The notes beneath the pieces are model-generated. The model made no database searches. It saw only the letters and a list, made by a program, of their open reading frames with translations, and had not been told where the DNA came from. A stretch of 31,862 bases of DNA from an uncultured Lachnospiraceae bacterium (lineage in GTDB: Bacteria; Bacillota; Clostridia; Lachnospirales; Lachnospiraceae). Every line of letters starts with the position of its first letter. The stretch's first letter is position 1. A program made the translations under genes and the position numbers. Location: contig CAMGCK010000022.1 in assembly GCA_946040795.1 (NCBI GenBank), positions 1 to 31,862 of the forward strand, read 5' to 3'. Below, one piece after another: positions 8,934 to 17,012 of this stretch.

Positions 8934-8991
8934 GGGGACGCGCAGGCGTCCCCTTCTTAATGGGACAGAGAGAAACGTCCCCCGGTGTCTC
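8933..8991 (+). repeat. GC hairpin GGGGACGC-gcag-GCGTCCCC followed by TTCTTAA, then a TGGGACA-gaga-GAAACGTCCCCC-GGTGTCTC element
   Basis: An 8-bp perfect inverted repeat with a 4-nt loop lies at 8933-8954 and is followed by a short U-rich run. This could be a weak intrinsic terminator or attenuator. The family element TGGGACA is at 8961-8967. AACGTCCCC is at 8974-8982. GGTGTCTC at 8984-8991 is the reverse complement of GAGACACC seen at 4873-4880. Confidence 0.5.
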
Positions 8992-9007
8992 AGAAAGAGG
9001 TAGTAAT

Positions 9008-10885
9008 ATGACAAAGAAACAGAAGAAGATGCTGGCGCGCATCATCATTGCGTTTGTACTGGAAGCGGCGCTGATGGTGCTCTATAAGAGCGGAAAGTTC
9101 GGCATGATCGAGGGAAAGTGGTACGAATTTGTGCCGTTTACAGTACCGTATCTCATTGCCGGTTATGACATTCTGATCCATGCGGCAAAAAACATCGTCC
9201 ACGGCCAGGTCTTTGATGAAGATTTTTTGATGATGATCGCCACGTTCGGCGCGTTTGCCATCGGTGAATACGAGGAAGCGGCGGGTGTCATGATCTTTTT
9301 CCAGATCGGCGAACTGTTCCAGAACTATGCAGTCGGAAAAAGCCGCGCCTCCATTTCCGCGCTCATGGACATTGCGCCGGAGTACGCAAATGTGGAAGAG
9401 GACGGAGAACTGGTGGAAAAGGATCCGGACGAGGTCCATGTGGACGAGGTCATTATTGTAAAACCCGGTGAGAAGATTCCGCTGGACGGCGTGGTGCTGG
9501 AAGGCAGCTCCCTTCTGGATACATCCTCATTGACCGGTGAATCCGTTCCGCGCTCTGTTCGCGAGGGCGATGATGTCATTTCAGGCTGCGTAAACGGCAG
9601 CGGCACCTTGAAAGTCCGCGTTACCAGGGAATATGAAGACTCCACGGTCAGCCGTATTCTGGAACTTGTGGAAAATGCCAGCATACGGAAAGCGCCGGTG
9701 GAGAACTTCATCACCACGTTCGCACGGTATTATACACCGGCGGTCACCATCGGCGCCGTCCTTCTGGCCCTGCTTCCTCCGCTGTTCTTTGGCGGCTCCT
9801 GGGCTGAATGGATCCGAAGAGCCTGCACGTTCCTTGTCATTTCCTGCCCCTGTGCGCTGGTCATTTCCATCCCGATGGGCTTCTTCGGCGGCATCGGCGC
9901 AGCATCGAAGATCGGCGTCCTTGTAAAGGGCAGCAACTTCCTGCAGGCACTTTCCGATGTAAAAACCATTGTATTTGATAAGACCGGTACGCTGACCAAG
10001 GGCGAGTTCCGTGTGACTGAAATGCTCCCGCAGCTGGGCGTAACGGAGGAAGAACTGCTGGAAAAGGCCGCTCTTTCCGAAAACTATTCCGGTCATCCCA
10101 TCGCAGCGGCGCTGAAGTCCGCTTATGGTAAAAAAATCGATTCCGCCCGCGTTTCCGACGCGGAAGAGATCGCGGGACATGGCATTTCCGTTAAGGTGGA
10201 CGGTAAAAACTGTCTGGCAGGTAACCTGAAGCTGCTGAAACTGAAGGGGGTGGAAGCACAGCCCTGTACTGAGATCGGCACGGTCGTATATGTGGCTGAA
10301 GAGGGAAGATTTCTGGGCTGCATCGTCATTTCCGATGTGATCAAGGATGGCGCAAAGGACGCGCTCACGGCCATGAAAAAGGCCGGTGTGCAGAAGACAG
10401 TCATGCTGACCGGCGATAAGAAGGAGACGGCTGAAAATGTGGCGGGCGTTCTCGGCATTGATGAAGTCCATGCGGAGCTGCTGCCGGCGGATAAGGTATC
10501 CGAAGTGGAGCGGATCCTCGGTACGGAGACCGGAAAAGACAAGACCGCGTTTGTGGGCGACGGCATCAACGATGCCCCGGTTCTGACCCGCGCGGATGTG
10601 GGCATCGCCATGGGCACTCTGGGTTCCGATGCAGCCATTGAAGCGGCGGACATTGTCCTCATGGACGATGACATCACAAAGATCGCAAGCACCGTGAAGA
10701 TCGCGCGGAAGACGCTTTCCATCGTCCGCCAGAACATTGTATTGGCACTGGGGGTCAAATTCATTGTCCTGATCATGGGCGCGCTCGGCAGGGCCAGCAT
10801 GTGGCTTGCCATGTTCGCGGATGTGGGCGTGGCTGTCCTTGCAATCATGAACTCCATGCGTGCATTGCATATTGATCGGAAATAA
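9008..10885 (+). CDS. heavy-metal-translocating P1B-type ATPase (Zn/Cd/Pb-type, CadA/ZntA family), without its own N-terminal HMA domain
   Basis: 625 aa. The TM6 motif is SCPCALVISIP (CPC). The phosphorylation site is DKTGTLT. The hinge is GDGINDAP. The TM8 motif DVG (DxG) is characteristic of the P1B-2 subgroup. RBS GAAAGAGG precedes ATG 9008. The 8852 upstream extension was rejected because it runs through the repeats. Confidence 0.9.
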   Translation: MTKKQKKMLARIIIAFVLEAALMVLYKSGKFGMIEGKWYEFVPFTVPYLIAGYDILIHAAKNIVHGQVFDEDFLMMIATFGAFAIGEYEEAAGVMIFFQIGELFQNYAVGKSRASISALMDIAPEYANVEEDGELVEKDPDEVHVDEVIIVKPGEKIPLDGVVLEGSSLLDTSSLTGESVPRSVREGDDVISGCVNGSGTLKVRVTREYEDSTVSRILELVENASIRKAPVENFITTFARYYTPAVTIGAVLLALLPPLFFGGSWAEWIRRACTFLVISCPCALVISIPMGFFGGIGAASKIGVLVKGSNFLQALSDVKTIVFDKTGTLTKGEFRVTEMLPQLGVTEEELLEKAALSENYSGHPIAAALKSAYGKKIDSARVSDAEEIAGHGISVKVDGKNCLAGNLKLLKLKGVEAQPCTEIGTVVYVAEEGRFLGCIVISDVIKDGAKDALTAMKKAGVQKTVMLTGDKKETAENVAGVLGIDEVHAELLPADKVSEVERILGTETGKDKTAFVGDGINDAPVLTRADVGIAMGTLGSDAAIEAADIVLMDDDITKIASTVKIARKTLSIVRQNIVLALGVKFIVLIMGALGRASMWLAMFADVGVAVLAIMNSMRALHIDRK

Positions 10886-10922
10886 CCGTAAAGTGATACT
10901 TATCCATCAAAAAGAGCGACAA

Positions 10923-10966
10923 TGAAGCCCGGATGCATTATGATAAATGTGTCCGGGCTTATCTGT
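10923..10966 (+). terminator. possible intrinsic terminator after the ATPase gene (9-bp stem, large loop, weak T tract)
   Basis: AAGCCCGGA at 10924-10932 pairs with TCCGGGCTT at 10951-10959. The loop is 18 nt. The following TATCTGT is only weakly U-rich. Confidence 0.35.
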
Positions 10967-11471
10967 ACCCGAAAACGCCTGCCGAATGACTGAAAAATGT
11001 GTTCTGCATGAAGAAAGAGAGTTTACAAGTGATCAAACTGAATGATTATTTATATGATGGTGATACCGTCCTTAAGATCCTGTACCGCTGCAGAAGGGCC
11101 GTATCAAATCCCTTATCCGCGCGGAACAGAAATTCAATGGATTGAAAAGCGGCAGTAAAACATTGAAAACAAGGCTTGATTTTTCAAAATATCAATGTTA
11201 TCTTATTTACGGAATAAATCATCGGAGGACAGTACGCCGTAGCGTACGGGGATCGTAAGCCTTTGGGCTTGCAGGCCGCATGTCGGATAAGATGTCGAGT
11301 GAGCTCGGTTTTGATTTAGTGATATGGTCAAACATGTCATATTCAGTCAGAACTGGGCTTTTTTCAGGCTTCCCGCGGTGCATATTCTTTACAGAAGCAA
11401 ATTCTGTTCATTTTATGGATGAAATATCGATTTTTTCTTGATAAATCGTCATTTTTCGCGGTTAAATCTAC

Positions 11472-11500
11472 TTGAGAACCGAAAGGTTTTCGCATATAAT
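11472..11500 (+). promoter_or_regulatory. strong sigma-A-type promoter for purC (TTGAGA, 17 nt spacer, TATAAT)
   Basis: TTGAGA is at 11472-11477. A 17-nt spacer follows. TATAAT is at 11495-11500. The ~98-nt leader carries the inverted repeat GCCGCG...CGCGGT before the RBS GGAAAGGAATGACGA and ATG 11599. Confidence 0.55.
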
Positions 11501-11598
11501 AGTTAGTGCTTGGCCGCGCCTAAGAGTTCTTCGCGGTTAAGAAACAAAACTGCGAATGTACACAAGTGAACATAAAGGTACACGGAAAGGAATGACGA

Positions 11599-12468
11599 AT
11601 GGAAGAATACAGACCGATTAAAGAGGGTAAGGTTCGTGAGATCTACGACAACGGCGACAGCCTGATCATGGTCGCAACTGACCGCATCAGCTGCTTCGAT
11701 GTGATCCTGAACAATATTGTAACGAAAAAGGGTACCGTGCTGACTCAGATGTCCCGCTTCTGGTTTGACCTGACCAAGGACATTCTTCCGAACCACATGA
11801 TCTCCGTCGATGTCAATGACATGCCGGAGTATTTCCGTCAGGAAAAGTTTGATGGCAACAGCATGATGTGCCGTAAGCTGGAGATGCTTCCGGTGGAGTG
11901 CATTGTCCGCGGTTACATTACCGGCAGCGGCTGGGCAAGCTACAAGGAAAACGGTACCGTTTGCGGTATCAAGCTTCCGGAAGGCCTGCAGGAATCCCAG
12001 AAACTGCCCGAGCCGATCTACACCCCGTCTACCAAGGCTGAGATCGGTGATCACGATGAAAACATCTCTTACGAGGAGAGCGTTGTTTACCTTGAAAAGC
12101 GCTTCCCGGGTAAGGGTGAAGAATACGCTTCCAAGCTTCGCGACTATACCATCGCACTGTACAAGAAGTGCGCGGATTACGCTGCAGAGCGGGGAATTAT
12201 CATTGCAGACACGAAGTTCGAGTTTGGTCTGGATGAAGAAGGCAACATCATCATCGGTGATGAAATGCTGACTCCGGACAGCTCCCGTTTCTGGCCGGCA
12301 GATGAATATGAAGTAGGCCACAGCGAGCCTTCCTTCGACAAGCAGTTTGCGCGTGACTGGCTCAAGGCCAATCCGGGCAATGACTGGACGCTGCCCCAGG
12401 AGATCGTGGATAAGACCATTGCAAAGTACCTTCAGGCATATAAGCTCCTGACCGGTAAGGATCTGTAA
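11599..12468 (+). CDS. purC: phosphoribosylaminoimidazole-succinocarboxamide (SAICAR) synthase
   Basis: 289 aa. The sequence KVREIYDNGDSLIMVATDRISCFDVILNNIVTKKGTVLTQMSRFWF plus the overall length match the long-form PurC family. Confidence 0.93.
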   Translation: MEEYRPIKEGKVREIYDNGDSLIMVATDRISCFDVILNNIVTKKGTVLTQMSRFWFDLTKDILPNHMISVDVNDMPEYFRQEKFDGNSMMCRKLEMLPVECIVRGYITGSGWASYKENGTVCGIKLPEGLQESQKLPEPIYTPSTKAEIGDHDENISYEESVVYLEKRFPGKGEEYASKLRDYTIALYKKCADYAAERGIIIADTKFEFGLDEEGNIIIGDEMLTPDSSRFWPADEYEVGHSEPSFDKQFARDWLKANPGNDWTLPQEIVDKTIAKYLQAYKLLTGKDL

Positions 12469-12494
12469 TGCGTCACTGATTTTGCGTGATTGGA

Positions 12495-12529
12495 ACCCCG
12501 TTGCTTTTGCAACGGGGTTTTTCTGTTTA
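12495..12529 (+). terminator. rho-independent terminator of purC
   Basis: AACCCCGTTGC-TTTT-GCAACGGGGTT forms an 11-bp stem. It is followed by TTTTCTGTTT. Confidence 0.8.
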
Positions 12530-12632
12530 TATTGATAAAAAGGTACAAAGGCTCACGATCTGTACCTGATCATAGTGGAATGTTCCTGCGTTTCTCACGA
12601 GTGGGATCGTTCCGGAACCAAGGAGGAAGCTC

Positions 12633-14462
12633 ATGAACAAAAAAGAAAGATTCAGCACCAGACCGAGCATGATCCTGTATTTTCTGAAAGGATGCAAGCG
12701 CTATTTTGGCCTGGTTGCCCTGACCGGTGTCGCGATGGTCCTGTTCGAGCTGGTGAACCCGAAGATCATCGGTTACACCGTCGACTACATCACCGGTGAC
12801 ACAGAAACCATCCCGGCGTTCATCATGAACTGGACGGAACAACTTGGCGGCCGTGATTATGTGCTGTCCCATCTGTATATTTTTGCGGGTGTCGTCATTC
12901 TGATCTCACTGTTTGGTGCAGCGATCCGTTACCTGTACCGCCTGTTAAACTCCATGGGCGCGGAGCATCTGGTCAAGCGCATGCGTGACACGCTGTATGA
13001 CCATATTACACATCTGCCCTTTGCATGGCAGGATTCCAACAAAACCGGCGACATCATCCAGCGCTGCACGTCCGATGTGGACATGATCAAGAATTTTATT
13101 TCCGAGCAGCTGGTTACGATCGTCCGTCTGGTGGTCCTGATCATTCTGTCCCTGTATTTCATGGTTCAGATCAGCTGGAAGCTGACCGTTACCGCAGCGC
13201 TTTTCTTCCCGATCGTTGTTCTGTATTCATTCTTTTTCCATAACAAGATCGGCTCTTCCTTTGAGAAGGTCGATAATGAGGAAGGCGCGCTGTCTGCCAT
13301 CGCCCAGGAAAACCTGACCGGTGTCCGTGTTGTCCGCGCATTTGGCCGTGAAAAGTATGAGCGCGACCGTTTTGAAGAAAAAAATGACCAGTATACCGGC
13401 CTTTGGGTCGTCCTGATGAAGCTGCTGTCATTCTTCTGGGTCTCCAATGACCTGATTGCAGCCATCCAGGCCATTACGATCCTGGCATTCGGCGCAGCAC
13501 TTGCCGTAAAGGGCGATATTACCGCCGGCCAGTATGTGGCCTTCCTGTCTTACAACGGACTGCTCATGTGGCCGATCCGTCAGCTGGGACGTGTGGTATC
13601 TGAAATGAGTAAAGCCGGCATCTCCATCGACCGTATTCGTTACATCATGAATGCGGAAGCGGAAAAGGATGCGGAAGACGCAGGTGATTTCCCGGGAAGC
13701 GGTGACATTGAATTCAAGAATGTAACCTTTACGTATCCCACGGAAGCATCTACAGGTGTTGTGCTGGAAGATCTGAACTTCTGCATTAAGAAGGGACAGA
13801 CCGTTGGTATCCTGGGCGCGACCGGTTCCGGTAAGTCGACGGTCATCCATCTTCTGGATGCGCTGTACGAGCTTCCGGAAGACTGCGGTACCATTTCCGT
13901 GAACGGTGTGGACATCCGCAAGATTCGCAAGCAGGATCTGAGAAGTCACATCGGCATGGTTCTTCAGGAGCCGTACCTGTTCTCCGGTACACTGGAGGAA
14001 AACATCCGTCTGGCCAAGTCCGATGCCACGCATGAAGATGTGGTGCGTGCGGTTGATACTGCCAGCCTGAAGCATTCCATCGAACGTTTTGCCGATGGTT
14101 ACGAAACTCACGTCGGTGAACGAGGTGTCACCCTTTCCGGCGGCCAGAAACAGCGTACCGCCATCGCGCAGATGTTGATCCGCGAGCCGGAGATCATGAT
14201 CTTTGATGATTCACTGTCTGCCGTGGACTCCGAGACCGATGCCCGTATCCGCGCCGCGCTGAAGAATGTCTCTGAAAACGCGACCGTCATTTTGATCTCA
14301 CACCGCATCACGACCATCATGCATGCGGACCAGATCCTCGTACTGGAGAACGGCCGGATCATCGAACACGGCAATCACGACGAACTGACTGCCGCGAACG
14401 GTGTCTACAAGCGTATTTTTGATCTGCAGCTGTCTCAGGGCGATGCTCAGGAAGAAGCATAA
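12633..14462 (+). CDS. ABC transporter permease/ATP-binding protein (exporter half-transporter, heterodimer subunit 1)
   Basis: 609 aa with an N-terminal 6-TM domain. The C-terminal NBD has Walker A GATGSGKST, the signature LSGGQKQR and Walker B IMIFDDSLSAVD. RBS AAGGAGGAAG precedes the ATG. Confidence 0.9.
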   Translation: MNKKERFSTRPSMILYFLKGCKRYFGLVALTGVAMVLFELVNPKIIGYTVDYITGDTETIPAFIMNWTEQLGGRDYVLSHLYIFAGVVILISLFGAAIRYLYRLLNSMGAEHLVKRMRDTLYDHITHLPFAWQDSNKTGDIIQRCTSDVDMIKNFISEQLVTIVRLVVLIILSLYFMVQISWKLTVTAALFFPIVVLYSFFFHNKIGSSFEKVDNEEGALSAIAQENLTGVRVVRAFGREKYERDRFEEKNDQYTGLWVVLMKLLSFFWVSNDLIAAIQAITILAFGAALAVKGDITAGQYVAFLSYNGLLMWPIRQLGRVVSEMSKAGISIDRIRYIMNAEAEKDAEDAGDFPGSGDIEFKNVTFTYPTEASTGVVLEDLNFCIKKGQTVGILGATGSGKSTVIHLLDALYELPEDCGTISVNGVDIRKIRKQDLRSHIGMVLQEPYLFSGTLEENIRLAKSDATHEDVVRAVDTASLKHSIERFADGYETHVGERGVTLSGGQKQRTAIAQMLIREPEIMIFDDSLSAVDSETDARIRAALKNVSENATVILISHRITTIMHADQILVLENGRIIEHGNHDELTAANGVYKRIFDLQLSQGDAQEEA

Positions 14463-14477
14463 GGAAGGAGGAAGAAT

Positions 14478-16307
14478 ATGGCATCCGAAAACAAAGACGA
14501 AAACAAAAATGTAAAGCTGCCGTTTTTCGGCTTCCCGATCCTGTGGCCTTTTATTAAGAAATACAAGGCAACCATGATCTGGATGATCACACTCGGCGCG
14601 CTGGTATCCGGCGTCGACGCGATCTATCCGCTGTTCAACCGTTACGCCATCAATCATTTCATCGGTGAAAAGACGCTGGACACTCTGCCCCTTTTCATTA
14701 TCGGTTATGTGCTGATTGCCGCGGTTCAGGCAGCCTGCAACTTCAGAAATGTCACGGACTGCACCAAGATGGAAATGTACACGAACCGCGACTTGAGAAA
14801 CAGCGCGTTCTCCCATCTGCAGGAGCTGTCCCTTTCCTATTACAATCAGAACAGTGTCGGTTACATTCACGCCCGTGTTATGAGCGACTCCGGTAAGATC
14901 GGTGAACTGGTTTCCTGGCGTACGATGGATCTGGTATGGTGGGGATCTTATATCCTCATCGTCCTGGTGGTCATGCTGGTTACGAACTGGAAACTGGCGC
15001 TTCTGGTCATCGCGCTGCTCCCCATCGCTGTGATTCTGGTCACGCTTTTCCAGCGCAAGCTGCTGAAGCTGAACCGCAAGGTGCGTGAAATGAATTCCAC
15101 CATCACGGCAGATATCAATGAAGGCATTACAGGTGTCAAGTCCATGAAGACGCTGGTTGTCGAAGATAAGATGGGCCGTCATTTCAATGAAGATACACTG
15201 GAAATGTACCGCCGTTCCGTGCGGACCACACATTACGCCGCGCTTCTTACGGCCACCATCACGTTAATGTCTGCGGTCGCGCTGTCCATCGTCCTCTGGA
15301 AGGGCGGTGAAATGACTACGGCACGTGTCATGGAGATCGGTACGATGTCCATTTTCATGTCCTATGCACTGGGCATGATCGACCCGATCCAGGGCATTGT
15401 CGGTGCGATTTCCGGTATCATTGCTGTACAGGTCAACATCGAGCGTTATTCCCGCCTGATCAATACGGAGGGTGAGGTCTATGACCGTCCCGATGTTGTG
15501 GAGAAATACGGCGATACCTTTGAGCCCAAGCGCGAAAACTGGGAGCCGCTTCACGGTGAGATCGAGTTTAAGGACGTTACGTTCCATTATCCGGACGGTG
15601 AGGAAAAGGTGCTGGAGCACTTCAATCTGCTGGTCCCGCAGGGGACAAATGTGGCCATCGTCGGTGAGACCGGCGCCGGTAAGTCCACGCTTGTCAACCT
15701 TGTCTGCCGCTTCTTTGAGCCCACGGAAGGTCAGGTCCTGATCGATGGCCGCGATGCCCGCGACCGTTCTCTCCAGTGGCTGCACAGCAACCTGGGATAC
15801 GTGCTGCAGACTCCGCATCTGTTCTCCGGTACCATCCGCGACAACCTGCGCTACGGTAAACCGGACGCGACAGATGAAGAGATTCTGCATTCGCTGCACA
15901 TGGTTTCCGCCGACTTTATCCTGGATAAGATGAAAGACGGTCTGGATACGGAGATCGGTGAAGGCGGTGACTTCCTGTCCACCGGTGAGAAGCAGCTTCT
16001 GTCCATCGCGCGTGCGCTGCTTGCAGACCCGGCGATTCTGATTCTGGATGAGGCGACCTCTTCCATCGATACCGTAACGGAGAAGGCCATTCAGCATGCC
16101 ATCTCCACGGCAATCGAAAATCGTACATCTTTCATGATCGCGCATCGTCTGTCCACCATCGTCAACGCGGATGTGATCCTGGTGGTATCCGAAGGAAAGA
16201 TCGTGGAAAGAGGTACACACAAGGAACTCATGAAGGCAAAGGGCGCCTACTACGAGCTGTATACCAGACAGTATGAGGAGCTCGTTGTCAATAACGAAAT
16301 CGGTTAA
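14478..16307 (+). CDS. ABC transporter permease/ATP-binding protein (heterodimer subunit 2)
   Basis: 609 aa. Walker A is GETGAGKST. The degenerate signature is STGEKQLLSIARAL. Walker B is ILILDEATSSID. It starts 15 nt after the previous stop, with RBS AAGGAGGAAG. Confidence 0.9.
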   Translation: MASENKDENKNVKLPFFGFPILWPFIKKYKATMIWMITLGALVSGVDAIYPLFNRYAINHFIGEKTLDTLPLFIIGYVLIAAVQAACNFRNVTDCTKMEMYTNRDLRNSAFSHLQELSLSYYNQNSVGYIHARVMSDSGKIGELVSWRTMDLVWWGSYILIVLVVMLVTNWKLALLVIALLPIAVILVTLFQRKLLKLNRKVREMNSTITADINEGITGVKSMKTLVVEDKMGRHFNEDTLEMYRRSVRTTHYAALLTATITLMSAVALSIVLWKGGEMTTARVMEIGTMSIFMSYALGMIDPIQGIVGAISGIIAVQVNIERYSRLINTEGEVYDRPDVVEKYGDTFEPKRENWEPLHGEIEFKDVTFHYPDGEEKVLEHFNLLVPQGTNVAIVGETGAGKSTLVNLVCRFFEPTEGQVLIDGRDARDRSLQWLHSNLGYVLQTPHLFSGTIRDNLRYGKPDATDEEILHSLHMVSADFILDKMKDGLDTEIGEGGDFLSTGEKQLLSIARALLADPAILILDEATSSIDTVTEKAIQHAISTAIENRTSFMIAHRLSTIVNADVILVVSEGKIVERGTHKELMKAKGAYYELYTRQYEELVVNNEIG

Positions 16308-16322
16308 TATTTCAATAAGAAA

Positions 16323-16367
16323 AGGGCATAAATGGGCATATTTCGCGCATTTATGCCCTTGTTTTTA
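16323..16367 (+). terminator. rho-independent terminator after ABC exporter pair 1
   Basis: AGGGCATAAATG at 16323-16334 pairs with CATTTATGCCCT at 16348-16359. TGTTTTTAT follows. Confidence 0.8.
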
Positions 16368-16411
16368 TCAATACGGTCGGGTAAGATATACATGATAAGG
16401 GGGAATTTACC

Positions 16412-16789
16412 ATGGAAATCACGAAGGAAATTCTGGCAGCCATCCTGGATGCTTATGTGTATGAGGTTATTTTTGTGGATCGTACCCACACGGTGCGTTA
16501 TCTGAACAAGGCGGCAAAAGAGCGCTACGGCGATATCGTCAAGGTCGGCGCGAGTCTGTTCAACTGCCATAATGAGAGCTCCAAGGTTAAAATTGAAGCG
16601 TTCCTGGAGCGCGCCGATGCCGGTGAAAATGAAATGTTCGAGGTCCTGAACGGTACGACCGGTGAGCGTGAGTTCTTTGTTCCGGTACGTGACGCGGAGG
16701 GCACTGTCATTGGTTACTTTGAGCGTCATGAGAATTACTGGAGTAAGGATGAGGCCGATGCACCCGTCAAGATCTTCAGAGTATATTGA
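16412..16789 (+). CDS. small stand-alone PAS-like sensory domain protein
   Basis: 125 aa. The region ILDAYVYEVIFVDRTHTVRYLNKAAKERYGD...NGTTGEREFFVPVRDAEGTVIGYFER is PAS-fold-like. RBS AAGGGGGAA precedes the ATG. It has its own terminator upstream and sits between the two ABC pairs. Confidence 0.55.
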   Translation: MEITKEILAAILDAYVYEVIFVDRTHTVRYLNKAAKERYGDIVKVGASLFNCHNESSKVKIEAFLERADAGENEMFEVLNGTTGEREFFVPVRDAEGTVIGYFERHENYWSKDEADAPVKIFRVY

Positions 16790-17012
16790 TAAAAGGCAAT
16801 GCACAGTCACGGGCTGATGACAGAAAACAGTTTGGAATACTTCGACTGCTGAACTGTTCACAGAAATAACATTTTTTATTCGGGCGGAAATGTAGTATAC
16901 TATACGTATGCTGCGTTTCCGCCTTGTTGTTTTACTCAGACGCTGCTTTTCCGGCGGCGTTTTTTTGTTTTTACGGAATGCTGCAGATTATTCGAAGAAA
17001 GGAAAGATCTAC

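Noticed and set aside
8751-9048. Minus-strand ORFs with repeated peptides (SCGHTRGSSGTVPSTPSRL twice)
   Set aside because: The peptide repetition simply mirrors the 57-bp tandem DNA repeat. There is no RBS, and the ORFs overlap the ATPase start. They are not considered genes.
11205-11470. Purine or ZTP riboswitch upstream of purC
   Set aside because: The conserved cores were not found by eye. For purine these are ATATGG…GTTTCTACC…CCGTAAAT. For ZTP these are GACTGGCG…CCGCCTGGGC. The idea is kept only as an unclassified structured region in the findings.
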